Source of the DNA: Blastocatellia bacterium
GTDB taxonomy: Bacteria; Acidobacteriota; Blastocatellia; UBA7656
Length of the DNA stretch: 64,000 bases
Direction of reading: 5' to 3'
Assembly (NCBI GenBank): GCA_963765495.1
Contig: CAVXWP010000010.1
Location: forward strand, 96,001-160,000
Shown one piece after another: positions 28,574 to 38,061 of this stretch. Both the position numbers and the translations under genes were made by a program. The notes under the pieces were generated by a model that did not search any database, had not been told where the DNA came from, and worked only from the letters and a program-made list of their open reading frames with translations. Position 1 is the first letter of the stretch. Each line of letters begins with the position of its first letter.

Positions 28574-31500
28574 ATGAAGAAGTTTTTCAAAAACAGAGGC
28601 AATAATCACACGTCCGTTCAAGGTAACGGCTCGAATCATCGCTCGATTGAGGATCAGCCTTTCAGTCCAAATTCGATAAGGAAGGGCTCGCGCATTCGAG
28701 GCGCGGTCGAAGTCGAAAGCATCTGCCCGTATTGCGCGGTCGGGTGCGCTCAGATGGTCTATGTCAAAGGCGGAAAGATAATCGACATCGAAGGCAACTA
28801 TGAAAGTCCGATCAACGAGGGCACGCTCTGCCCCAAAGGGGCGAGCACTTTTCAGCTTACGGTCAATCCGCATCGCATCAAAAAGGTGCTCTATCGCGCG
28901 CCTTATTCGAGCAGGTGGGAAGAACGCCCGCTCGATTGGGCGATGGACCGCATAGCCCGGAAATTAAAAGAGACGAGAGAGGCCGATTTCATCGAGCGAA
29001 AACAAGAGAAGGTCTTGAATCACCTGACGACGGTCGCCTGCCTCGGCGGCGCGACTATGGACAACGAAGAGAATTATCTTATCAAGAAGCTGTTTGGAGG
29101 CGGGCTGGGCGTAGTCTCTATCGAGAATCAGGCGCGTATATGACACAGCGCCTCGGTGCCCGGTCTGGGCATCTCATTCGGTCGCGGCGCGGCCACCACT
29201 TTTCAGCAGGACCTCGCAAACAGCGATTGCGTAATGATAATGGGCTCGAATATGGCGGAGGCGCATCCGGTAGGCTTTCGCTGGCCGATGAAGGCGCGCG
29301 AGCGCGGAGGCAAGCTCATACACGTCGATCCGCGATTTACCCGCACCTCCGCGATGTGCGATGTGCACGTCCCGATTCGAGCAGGAACCGACATCGCCTT
29401 CCTCGGTGGCCTCATAAACTACATCCTCGAAAATGATCTGTGGTTTAAGGAATACGTATTGGCTTACACCAACGCCACGACGCTCATCAACCGAGATTAC
29501 GCCGATGCAGACGACCTCGGCGGCCTCTTCAATGGATACGAACCTGAAAAGAAACATTACGAGCCCGAGTCAACCGACTGGAATTATCAGGGCGAGCCCG
29601 ACGATGCGCCACCTACTCGTACGCCGCCTGAGATAAAGAGCGAATCCTTGAGCGAGCGACTTGGCTTTATTCAGAACCCGCAACCGCCGAGCGACCCGAC
29701 CCTCAAAGACCCGCACTGCGTCCTGAATATTTTGAAACGCCACTATTCCCGCTATACGCCTGAGATGGTCGCCTCCATTTGCGGCTGCAAGAAGGAAGAC
29801 CTCATCCGAGTAGCCGAAACGCTATCGAAAAACTCTGGCCGCGACCGCACGAGCGCGATAGTCTACGCCGTAGGCTGGACCCAGCACACAACGGGCGTGC
29901 AGATGATACGCGCTGCCGGGATACTTCAGCTTCTGCTCGGCAATATGGGGCGGCCCGGCGGCGGCATAATGGCCATGCGAGGGCACGCAAGCATACAGGG
30001 GTCTACAGACATTCCGACGCTCTACAATTTGCTGCCGGGCTATATGCCGCAGCCTGCGGCGATACGAAATCACAACACGCTGAAGGATTATCTTGAGGAA
30101 GAGAAAGTGCCAAACGGCTACTGGTCGAACTTTCCGAAATTCATGGTGAGCCTGCTCAAAGCGTGGTACGGCGAGGCGGCGACAAAAGAGAATGACTGGG
30201 GTTTCGGATGGGTTCCGCGAATTGATGACAACTACTCACAACTGCCCACCTTTATCAAAATGGCCGAGGGCAAAGTCAAAGGGCTTTTCCTCTTTGGGCA
30301 GAACCCGGCCGGGGGTGCGCCAAACGCGGGGCTCAATCGCGCGGCGATGAGGAATCTCGACTGGCTCGTAGTGCGCGACTGGTTCGAAATCGAGAGCGCG
30401 TGTTACTGGTACAAAGGCCCCGAAGCGCCCGACCCGACTACGATCAAGACAGAGATTTTTTTCATGCCTGCCGCTGCCGCTGCCGAAAAAGACGGTTGCT
30501 TCACAAACACTCAACGGCTGATACAGTGGCACGACAAGGCCTTAGACCCGCCCGATGATTGTCGCTCGGACACCTGGTTTGTTTACGACCTTGGCAAGCG
30601 AATGAAGGCGCTTTACGAAGGCTCGACGGCGGACCGCGATCAGGGGCTTCTTAATCTGACGTGGGACTACGAGCGAGACAAAGAGGAAACGCTGCCCGAC
30701 GGCAGCGCGAGCCGAATACCTGACGAGCCTGACGTTGAGAAGATTTTGAAAGAGATAAACGGCTACACGGTCGCAGACCGCAAGCAGGTGAGCGGGTTTT
30801 CGGACCTGAAAGACGACGGCAGCACAGCCTGCGGGTGCTGGATATACAGCGGGGTCTTTCCCGAAGAAGGGCGCAACCGCGCCCGCTCGCGCAAGCGCGA
30901 CGCTGAAAATTACACTCACCCGGATTGGGGCTACGCCTGGCCGCATAACCGCCGGATACTCTACAACCGCGCATCGGCAGACCCCGAAGGCAAGCCCTGG
31001 TCCGAGCGCAAGAAATACATCTGGTGGGACTCGGAAAAGCAGAAATGGACAGGCGTTGACGAACCCGATTTTCAACCCGACAAGCCGCCTTCTTACAAAC
31101 CCAAAAAGGATTCGAAGGGTATGGATGCCATCTCGGGCGATTCTCCTTTTATCATGAAACCGGATGGAAAGGGGTGGCTTTTCGCTCCGGCAGGCACAAA
31201 AGACGGGCCGCTTCCGACTCACTACGAGCCGATAGAATCACCCGTTCGAAACCTGCTTTACGACCAGCAGGACAACCCCGTCTCCGAGCGTTGTGATGTG
31301 CCCATGAACGTGAAGGCCAAAGCGATGGATGAGAACTATCCAATCGTAGCCACGACCCACCGATTGACCGAGCAGTATTTGAGCGGGCCGATGAGCCGTT
31401 TCAATAGCTGGCTGAACGAACTACAACCCGAGATGTTTATCGAGATAAGCCCCGAGCTTGCACGCGAGCGCCGGATAGAGCACGGCGGCTGGATGGTGGT

Positions 31501-31834
31501 CTGGACCGCGAGAGGTGAGATCGAAGCGCGAGCGATGGTCACACGCCGAATCAAACCGCTCGAAGTCAACGGCCGATTGCTTCATCAAATCGGCATCCCT
31601 TTTCACTGGGGTTTTGCGGGCGAGACTATAGGCTCGGTGGCCAACGACCTCACATCAATAGTGCTGGACCCGAACGTGAGCATCCACGAAGCAAAGGCGT
31701 TCGCCTGTAACGTGCGGGCAGGGCGGCTGACTCGTAGCGTCGAAGAGAAGGCTTCGCCTGCGGCCCCGTGGCCTACCAGAGAGCCTGCGCCCGACACGCC
31801 GGATTCGGATCAGCCGGAGGGACAGGCGATATGA
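28574..31834 (+). CDS. fdnG: Selenocysteine-containing formate dehydrogenase alpha subunit (1086 aa with TGA 29141-29143 read as Sec)
   Basis: Two in-frame ORFs joined by TGA in ENQARI-U-HS; CPYCAVGC..C 4Fe-4S motif; GSNMAEAHP; RGHA; CGCWIY; SECIS hairpin follows. Confidence 0.93.
29144..29173 (+). promoter_or_regulatory. Bacterial SECIS element
   Basis: Stem GGTGCCC (29155-29161)/GGGCATC (29167-29173), loop GGTCT, starting 12 nt after UGA; GGTCTG at the same offset as in E. coli fdhF. Confidence 0.85.
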
Positions 31835-32643
31835 TTAAACAATTCCTTGAAGCCTTCGAGCGTCCCACACCTCCTGACGCAAAACAGGAAATGGGGTTCT
31901 TCACCGATACGACGGTGTGCATAGGATGCAAAGCGTGCGAGGTAGCCTGCAAGCAATGGAATCAACTCCCGGCAGACGGCTTTCACTGGACGGGCAACAG
32001 CTATGACAACACGGTGACTCTATCGGATACGACGTGGCGGCACGTTGCATTTGTAGAGCAGTTGGACGGCCAACGCGGAACAGACCGATGGCTTATGATG
32101 AGCGATGTCTGCAAGCATTGCGCGGCGGCCCCGTGCCAGGAAGCCTGTCCTACGGGCTCGATAATCTACAATGAATTCAGCAACGTCTATGTCCAGCAGG
32201 ACATCTGCAACGGGTGCGGCTATTGCGTGGCCGCCTGTCCATTTGGGGTGATTGCGCGCAACGAAGCCGACGGGCGGGCGCACAAATGCACGCTCTGTTA
32301 TGACCGGCAAAAAGACGGCCTTGAGCCTGCCTGCGCGAAGGCATGTCCCACCGATTCGATTCAATTCGGACCCGTAGTCGAGCTTAAACAGAAAGCCAGA
32401 AGGCGAGTCGAGCAACTGCACGAGCGCGGCCTAAGCGAAGCATATCTTTACGGCGACGAGGCTATGGGAGAGTACAGCGCGCTGAATTCTTTCTTTTTGC
32501 TGATGGACAGGCCATCGGTTTACAACCTGCCCGAAGCGCCGCGCAGACCGCGAGCGCACATGAAGACAAATTATCTGTTCAGCTTTGGCGCGGCGCTCGG
32601 ACTTGCTGCCGCGTCTGCTTTCCTGCTTGCGAAAGGGAAATGA
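31831..32643 (+). CDS. fdnH: Formate dehydrogenase beta (4x4Fe-4S) subunit with C-terminal TM
   Basis: CIGCKACEVACKQWN, CKHC..PC..ACP, CNGCGYC..ACPF, KCTLCYDR; ATGA overlap with alpha. Confidence 0.88.
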   Translation: MIKQFLEAFERPTPPDAKQEMGFFTDTTVCIGCKACEVACKQWNQLPADGFHWTGNSYDNTVTLSDTTWRHVAFVEQLDGQRGTDRWLMMSDVCKHCAAAPCQEACPTGSIIYNEFSNVYVQQDICNGCGYCVAACPFGVIARNEADGRAHKCTLCYDRQKDGLEPACAKACPTDSIQFGPVVELKQKARRRVEQLHERGLSEAYLYGDEAMGEYSALNSFFLLMDRPSVYNLPEAPRRPRAHMKTNYLFSFGAALGLAAASAFLLAKGK

Positions 32644-32644
32644 G

Positions 32645-33676
32645 ATGGCTGTAGAAATGAAAGCGCGAGAAATCACTGAATGGCTGCCCGAATTTTCGCC
32701 CGTGGTTGATCTCGTAAAACGCGCGACTCCAGAAAAAGCCGCCCGCGCAGAAGCGGAAGAAGGTTATTACGGGGTGCCGCTTCTAAAGCGCCCCTCGTGG
32801 CGTTGGGAGATAGCCCTCTATTTCTTCTTTGAAGGAATCTCTTCGGGGTCTTTTATTTTGAGCAGCCTGGCTGATATGTTCGGGCGGGAGCGTTACCGCG
32901 ATCTTGTTCAAGCAGGTTATTACACGTCGTTCCTCTCGCTTCTGCCCTGTCCGCCGCTGCTTATAGCCGACCTCGGTCGCCCCGAGCGATTCCATCACAT
33001 GTTGCGTATCTTCAAACCATCTTCGCCGATGAATCTGGGAGCGTGGGCGCTCACGGCCTTCAGCCTCCCCAATTCATTTCTCACTGTTCGCCAGTTGACG
33101 GGCGACGGCCCCTCTAAGAATGAGAGCAGACTCGCGCCCGCGCCATTGGCAGGCGCGATGGGTCTCCCTTTCGCAATCACGATGGCGAGCTACCCCGGCG
33201 TCCTGCTCTCAACGACAAGCACGCCCATCTGGTCGAAGAGTCGTTTCCTCGGCGCGCTGATGGCTTGCAGTTCGATCAGCACAGGCGCGGCGGCCGTCTC
33301 GCTCGCCCTCGCCATAAGCAGTGAGACTTCGAGCGACCCACTCGAAACGCTGGAGAAGATCGGGCAGGTTTCAAGGCTCTGCGAAGGGGCGGCGCTTGCG
33401 GCCTACTTAGTCACAACCGGAGACGCGGCGCGCCCTCTTGTGAAGGGAAAGTACAGCCCGCAATTCTGGCTCGGCGCAGTGGGCGCAGGTCTTGTGCTGC
33501 CGACAATTCTTGAGGGCAAATCCTCAAGCAAGCGAAAAAAGAGCCTGGCATCAACCATCCTGAGTTCGGCGCTGACGCTTGCCGGGGGACTTGCGCTCAA
33601 GTGGGCGGTGACATACGCCGGGCGAGAATCCGCCGAAGATATAGAAGCTACTCGAACATCCTTTAAGAGATTGTGA
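32645..33676 (+). CDS. NrfD/PsrC-family membrane anchor of FDH
   Basis: W.WEIALYFF, LIADLGRPERF.HM, SSPMNLGAW; multi-TM. Confidence 0.88.
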   Translation: MAVEMKAREITEWLPEFSPVVDLVKRATPEKAARAEAEEGYYGVPLLKRPSWRWEIALYFFFEGISSGSFILSSLADMFGRERYRDLVQAGYYTSFLSLLPCPPLLIADLGRPERFHHMLRIFKPSSPMNLGAWALTAFSLPNSFLTVRQLTGDGPSKNESRLAPAPLAGAMGLPFAITMASYPGVLLSTTSTPIWSKSRFLGALMACSSISTGAAAVSLALAISSETSSDPLETLEKIGQVSRLCEGAALAAYLVTTGDAARPLVKGKYSPQFWLGAVGAGLVLPTILEGKSSSKRKKSLASTILSSALTLAGGLALKWAVTYAGRESAEDIEATRTSFKRL

Positions 33677-33683
33677 GGGAATA

Positions 33684-34355
33684 ATGCGATTGCTTGTAGT
33701 AGAAGACGAACCGAAGGTTGCAAGCTTTATCAAGCGGGGGCTTGAAGAGGCCGGGCATGTAGTCGATGTAGCCTATACGGGCTGTGATGGCGAATATCTT
33801 GCTGCCATAAATTTCTATGATGTGATGTTGCTTGATTGCCTTCTGCCGGATAAGGATGGTCGGCAGGTCTGCCGCGATCTGCGCGCCCGGGGCAGGACCG
33901 TGCCTGCCTTGATGGTGACGGCGAAAGATACAACCGCCGACAAGATAATCGGCTTCGATAGCGGGGCCGATCAATATTTGACTAAGCCCTTCGATTTCGG
34001 CGAACTGTTGTCGCGCATACGCGCTCTGGGCCGTCACGCGCAATCGATGCCGGTTTGCCAGCTGGCCGTGGCTAATCTGACCCTGGACCCGCTTTCACGG
34101 CAGGCGCGTAGAGATCATAAGACGATTTCGCTCACAAACAAGGAGTACCTGCTGCTCGAATTGCTGGTGCGGCGCGCGGGACAGATCATCACCCGCACAG
34201 AGATCATCGAGCAGGTGTGGGACTTGCATCACGACCCAACTACCAACACCGTTGATGTGCTGGTGAAGAATCTTCGGGACAAGATAGATCGGGAATTCGA
34301 ACCTAAGCTCATCAAGACCGTTCGAGGCGTAGGCTATACGATAAGTCCCGATTAG
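33684..34355 (+). CDS. OmpR-family response regulator (CusR/CzcR-like)
   Basis: LLVVEDE, LLDCLLP, GADQYLTKPF, wHTH 'N.VDV.V..LR.KID..IKTVRGVGY'. Confidence 0.93.
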   Translation: MRLLVVEDEPKVASFIKRGLEEAGHVVDVAYTGCDGEYLAAINFYDVMLLDCLLPDKDGRQVCRDLRARGRTVPALMVTAKDTTADKIIGFDSGADQYLTKPFDFGELLSRIRALGRHAQSMPVCQLAVANLTLDPLSRQARRDHKTISLTNKEYLLLELLVRRAGQIITRTEIIEQVWDLHHDPTTNTVDVLVKNLRDKIDREFEPKLIKTVRGVGYTISPD

Positions 34356-34372
34356 CAAAGGAGCACATAGTT

Positions 34373-34858
34373 ATGAATTTACTGGATCGGCTCACGGATG
34401 ATCACAAAGAGGCGCTGGCGCTGATCGGCAGTCTTGAAGGCTCGGTCCTTCATGAACCGCCTCGCTCAAAGAGTGAGATTTTCTCTGAGCTAAAACAGAA
34501 GCTTGAGCATCACACAAAGATCGAGGAGCAATTCTTTTACCCGGTGCTCGAAAGATTCGAGGAGACTCGCGACGTTTTGTCGGAGGCTTACAAGGATCAT
34601 CAGAGAGTAGATGAACTGCTTTCTCAATTGAGCGATTATAAAAAGAATAGTCAGGGGCAAAGCTGGGAGGCGGCTCTTAATGATTTGAAGTCAAGCGTCA
34701 GCCGACACATTGAAAAAGAAGAGACGGAGCTTTTTCCAAAAGCCAGGAATTTGATAGGACTGGCCCAACTCGAAGAAGCTTATTACGAGATTGAAAGGCT
34801 AGAAAGCGGCCAATCCAAACGCGACAGCCTGATATTTCCGGCAAGCCGCCTCGGCTGA
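34373..34858 (+). CDS. Hemerythrin (HHE) domain protein
   Basis: DH..; HTKIEEQFFYP; DH; HIEKEETELFP. Confidence 0.88.
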   Translation: MNLLDRLTDDHKEALALIGSLEGSVLHEPPRSKSEIFSELKQKLEHHTKIEEQFFYPVLERFEETRDVLSEAYKDHQRVDELLSQLSDYKKNSQGQSWEAALNDLKSSVSRHIEKEETELFPKARNLIGLAQLEEAYYEIERLESGQSKRDSLIFPASRLG

Positions 34859-34864
34859 ATGGAG

Positions 34865-34997
34865 AGTGATACGTGAAGCGTGACACGTGATGCGTGACGC
34901 AAGCAGGCTTGCAAACTTTATTAACCTTGCGCTCTACCTGATAGCCACGAATCACGAATCACGCTTCATGTATCACGCTTCATGTATCACGCTTCAC
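34865..34997. repeat. Heptamer inverted-arm element (CGTGAnn)n ... (TCACGnn)n
   Basis: GTGATACGTGAAGCGTGACACGTGATGCGTGA and CACGAATCACGAATCACGCTTCATGTATCACGCTTC arms. Confidence 0.8.
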
Positions 34998-35038
34998 CGA
35001 CAGGCTCATTTGCCGCTCCCAAGATGACTTAATCTGTT

Positions 35039-36517
35039 ATGGCGCTGACGTTTCGCCTTCGACTCACGATATGGTATGTCGCCGTGATGGGATGTCTACT
35101 TACGCTCACGGCTGCGGGGCTGATTTACTCTCTCCATCGCATCGCGCAAAAGAGATTTGACACGCAACTCTGGATGTTGAGCAGGAAGGAGGCCGAAGCG
35201 ATCACGCCGCAGTTGCGCGAGCGCAAACCGAATCAGACAGATGTTTTTCTCCTCCTCGATGGGCCTCTCGGCAAACCGGCGGAATCTGCAAACAGGTATC
35301 CGCAAGAATATGTGACCGTCCTTGATGACAGGGGCCGGACAGCCGGGCTCTCTGCAATTCTCGCTAACCCTTTGCCCACAAACGAGACTCTTTTTGCGCG
35401 GAGTCTTCAAGGAGAGGTCGTTTATCAGACCGCAGAAGTAGAGGGCGCGGGTCCGCTTCGAATAGTTTACACACCGATTCGCCTGCCCGCCGTTCCGCGC
35501 CCGTTTGTCGTGATGCTTGGAATGCCGGAGTCATTTGTAGGCAGCGAAATCAGAGGGCTTGAAGTTGTGTTTGCCCTCGGGCTGATCTCCATACTGCTGC
35601 TCACGGCAGCAAGCGCCATGCTGCTTGCGGAGCGGGCCATAAAACCTATCGAAGAGATTATGTCCGCAGCCGAATCAATTACCGCATCGGAGTTGCGAAG
35701 GCGACTTCCGGCATCCCGCATAAATGATCCCATCGGGCGGCTGGCCGATGTGCTCAATCAGATGCTCGGACGACTCGATGCCTCATTTGAAGCGCAACGT
35801 AACTTCACGGCGCGCGCAGCCCACGAACTGCGCACGCCGCTGACTATACTAAAGGGTGAAGCCCAGGTAGCCCTTCGGCGCAAACGATCGGTTGAAGAAT
35901 ACGAGGCCCTGCTTTCGAGCAATCTCGAAGAAATAGAGAAGCTCGTAGTTATGATCGACGAATTGCTCTTGCTCGCCCGCTACGAAGGAGGGGAGATGGC
36001 CGCGCCGCGAGATCCGGTTCGACTCGATGAGATTGTGGCCGGGGTGGCAACGGGGCTTACTGCCGTAGCCGATGATTTTGGAATTGATCTGCAGGCTGTA
36101 ACCGATGAGTCATTGACCGTAGAAGGCGACTCGAAAGCCCTCGAAAGGCTGGCCGCCAATCTCGTGGGAAACGCCCTTCGCTACACACTCCAGGGCGGAC
36201 GGGTCACGGCTCGCGTCAAAGGCGAGGACCATCACGCCAACCTGATCGTGGAGGACACAGGCGTGGGCATTGCCGCAGAAGATATGCCCTACATCTTTCA
36301 ACAATTCTATAGAAGCCCAGCGGCGCGAAGGATGCGACCCGAAGGTACAGGACTCGGACTCGCCCTCTCGGCGGTAATCGCGCATCTGCACGGAGCCTCG
36401 ATCAACGTGACAAGCGATAAAGGAGCGGGCACGCGAGTAGTGGTAAGCTTTCCGCTCTATCAGTCAGACCTGCCCGCGCAACCGGCTACGGATTCGGTGC
36501 GAAAACCCAAAGACTGA
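35039..36517 (+). CDS. HAMP-domain sensor histidine kinase (CusS-like)
   Basis: Two TMs, HAMP, AHELRTPL, NLVGNALRY, DTGVGI, GTGLGL. Confidence 0.93.
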   Translation: MALTFRLRLTIWYVAVMGCLLTLTAAGLIYSLHRIAQKRFDTQLWMLSRKEAEAITPQLRERKPNQTDVFLLLDGPLGKPAESANRYPQEYVTVLDDRGRTAGLSAILANPLPTNETLFARSLQGEVVYQTAEVEGAGPLRIVYTPIRLPAVPRPFVVMLGMPESFVGSEIRGLEVVFALGLISILLLTAASAMLLAERAIKPIEEIMSAAESITASELRRRLPASRINDPIGRLADVLNQMLGRLDASFEAQRNFTARAAHELRTPLTILKGEAQVALRRKRSVEEYEALLSSNLEEIEKLVVMIDELLLLARYEGGEMAAPRDPVRLDEIVAGVATGLTAVADDFGIDLQAVTDESLTVEGDSKALERLAANLVGNALRYTLQGGRVTARVKGEDHHANLIVEDTGVGIAAEDMPYIFQQFYRSPAARRMRPEGTGLGLALSAVIAHLHGASINVTSDKGAGTRVVVSFPLYQSDLPAQPATDSVRKPKD

Positions 36518-36537
36518 TCGAGGTCATCCCGGCTTGC

Positions 36538-36590
36538 TGAAAAAAAATTCATCTTCTTTTCATAAGCTCTTAATTGAAAGAAGGTATATT
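36538..36590 (+). promoter_or_regulatory. Second copy of the 11-bp-periodic operator/promoter
   Basis: A-tract then TTCATCT/TTCATAA/TTAATTG (36548, 36559, 36570) and TATATT at 36585, same spacing as 15502-15544. Confidence 0.65.
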
Positions 36591-36673
36591 CGAAGTCCGG
36601 CCGCTCACTTGAGCGAGGTCGGCGCAACGACCCGGCATACGGGTCTGATTTCGAGTCGGCAACCTTCTGTACA

Positions 36674-36889
36674 TTGGGCGAGAGACAAAAGATAAATGCA
36701 AAAAACAGCCCGCCGGATCGTCTTTCGGCGAATGAAGAAATCTCAACCCCGGCCTACACGAGGCAGTATCAGAGCAAGAACCTGAACTGGCGCAAGACGT
36801 GGCTCTTTCTGCTTATACTCGCGCTCATAGCTCTCATCCTCACTATGATACTCGGCTATTTTGCGTTCCGACCAAACGATCATCTGTAA
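36674..36889 (+). CDS. Small single-TM protein (start uncertain)
   Basis: Clean hydrophobic helix WLFLLILALIALILTMILGYF preceded by basic residues; lies downstream of the second operator; no clear SD. Confidence 0.4.
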   Translation: MGERQKINAKNSPPDRLSANEEISTPAYTRQYQSKNLNWRKTWLFLLILALIALILTMILGYFAFRPNDHL

Positions 36890-37187
36890 GCGAACAGAGA
36901 ATAGGCCCCGGGCGCGAAAAGCGCGACGGATTCCCCCCAATCAAATCTTATAGCGGGTTGCGATCGTGTTTAGCTGTAGGGGCGATTGGCGCCTGATATG
37001 CTTTGCACGGCGCGGGCTTGTCCCCGCTCGGATTGGCCGAAGGCTAATGACAGTCATCGCCCGCCGTGTGCTTTGAAAATCGCTATAGATGAGTTTATCT
37101 ATGTGAATCCGTATGGCCCTGAAAAAACCGGAGCCATTCAGTTTTTTTGACGGCCGCTAGTTTTGTGCTAAGGTTCAACCATTACAT

Positions 37188-37928
37188 ATGACGACGAAGA
37201 AAAACGACATCGCCATGGTTGATTCAATCGCTTCCCTTCAGGATCGAATCATAGACTGCGCGCTCTGTCCGCGACTCGTAGAGTGGCGCGCTCGCGTGGC
37301 GCGAGAGAAAGTGCGGCGGTTTGAAACCGAGGAATACTGGGGCAGCCCCGTGCCCAGTTTCGGCGACCCTTGCGCGCGTTTGCTCATCATAGGTCTTGCC
37401 CCGGCGGCCCACGGGGCCAATCGCACAGGCCGAATGTTTACGGGCGACCGCAGCGGCCTCTGGCTCTATCGCGCCCTGCACCGAGCAGGCTTTGCCAATC
37501 AAACCGAGTCCTCGCATCGAGGTGACGGACTTGAATTGAGTGACTGTTTTATTACGGCAGTAATTCATTGCGCGCCGCCTGAAAACAGACCTCTGCCCGA
37601 AGAAAAACGAAATTGCCGCCCCTACCTGATTGAAGAGATTCGCCTGCTCGGCCGTCTCCGCGTAGTCGTAGCTCTCGGGCGCATAGCCTTTGACGCAGCA
37701 ATTGCCGCGTTCAAATCGGAGGCCGGTACCACCCGTTCAAATGTAGGGGCGACCGAAGGCAAACCCCGGTTTGCTCACGGCGCTGAATACGATCTGCGAG
37801 ATGATTTGACGCTCATCGCGTCGTTTCATCCAAGCCAGCAGAATACCTTCACAGGCCGGTTGACCGAACCCATGCTGGATCTGATTTTTTCCCGCGCCCG
37901 CGAGATCATAAATAAAAGTTCAAGATAA
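37188..37928 (+). CDS. udgB: Uracil-DNA glycosylase, family 5 (UdgB-like, Fe-S)
   Basis: CALCPRL, GLAPAAHGANRTGRMFTGD, HCAPP.N.P, C, HPSQQNT. Confidence 0.9.
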   Translation: MTTKKNDIAMVDSIASLQDRIIDCALCPRLVEWRARVAREKVRRFETEEYWGSPVPSFGDPCARLLIIGLAPAAHGANRTGRMFTGDRSGLWLYRALHRAGFANQTESSHRGDGLELSDCFITAVIHCAPPENRPLPEEKRNCRPYLIEEIRLLGRLRVVVALGRIAFDAAIAAFKSEAGTTRSNVGATEGKPRFAHGAEYDLRDDLTLIASFHPSQQNTFTGRLTEPMLDLIFSRAREIINKSSR

Positions 37929-37932
37929 CGAT

Positions 37933-37968
37933 TTTAAGAATTGATGCCGCTTTAAGAATTGACGCCGC
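37933..37968 (+). repeat. 18-bp tandem direct repeat (2 copies)
   Basis: TTTAAGAATTGATGCCGC / TTTAAGAATTGACGCCGC. Confidence 0.7.
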
Positions 37969-37976
37969 AAAACCCT

Positions 37977-38014
37977 GAGGGGCCGATGCCGGTTTTCGCC
38001 AGCATCGGCCCCTC
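37977..38014. terminator. GC-rich hairpin between convergent genes
   Basis: GAGGGGCCGATGC / GCATCGGCCCCTC. Confidence 0.7.
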
Positions 38015-38061
38015 CCCTGTACACTCATCCCCTTGCTCCCTGCCTTACCCTTCGCCTGAGA

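Noticed and set aside
28574-29143. Separate 189-aa ORF or nonsense pseudogene of FDH
   Set aside because: TGA sits at the Sec column with a SECIS directly downstream
34865-34997. CRISPR array among the intergenic repeats
   Set aside because: 7-nt tandem units without unique spacers; no cas genes
15491-36590. Two similar AT-rich sites as att sites of an integrated island
   Set aside because: Degenerate with conservation only at 11-bp-periodic positions plus a -10 hexamer; no integrase or tRNA nearby; operator model fits better
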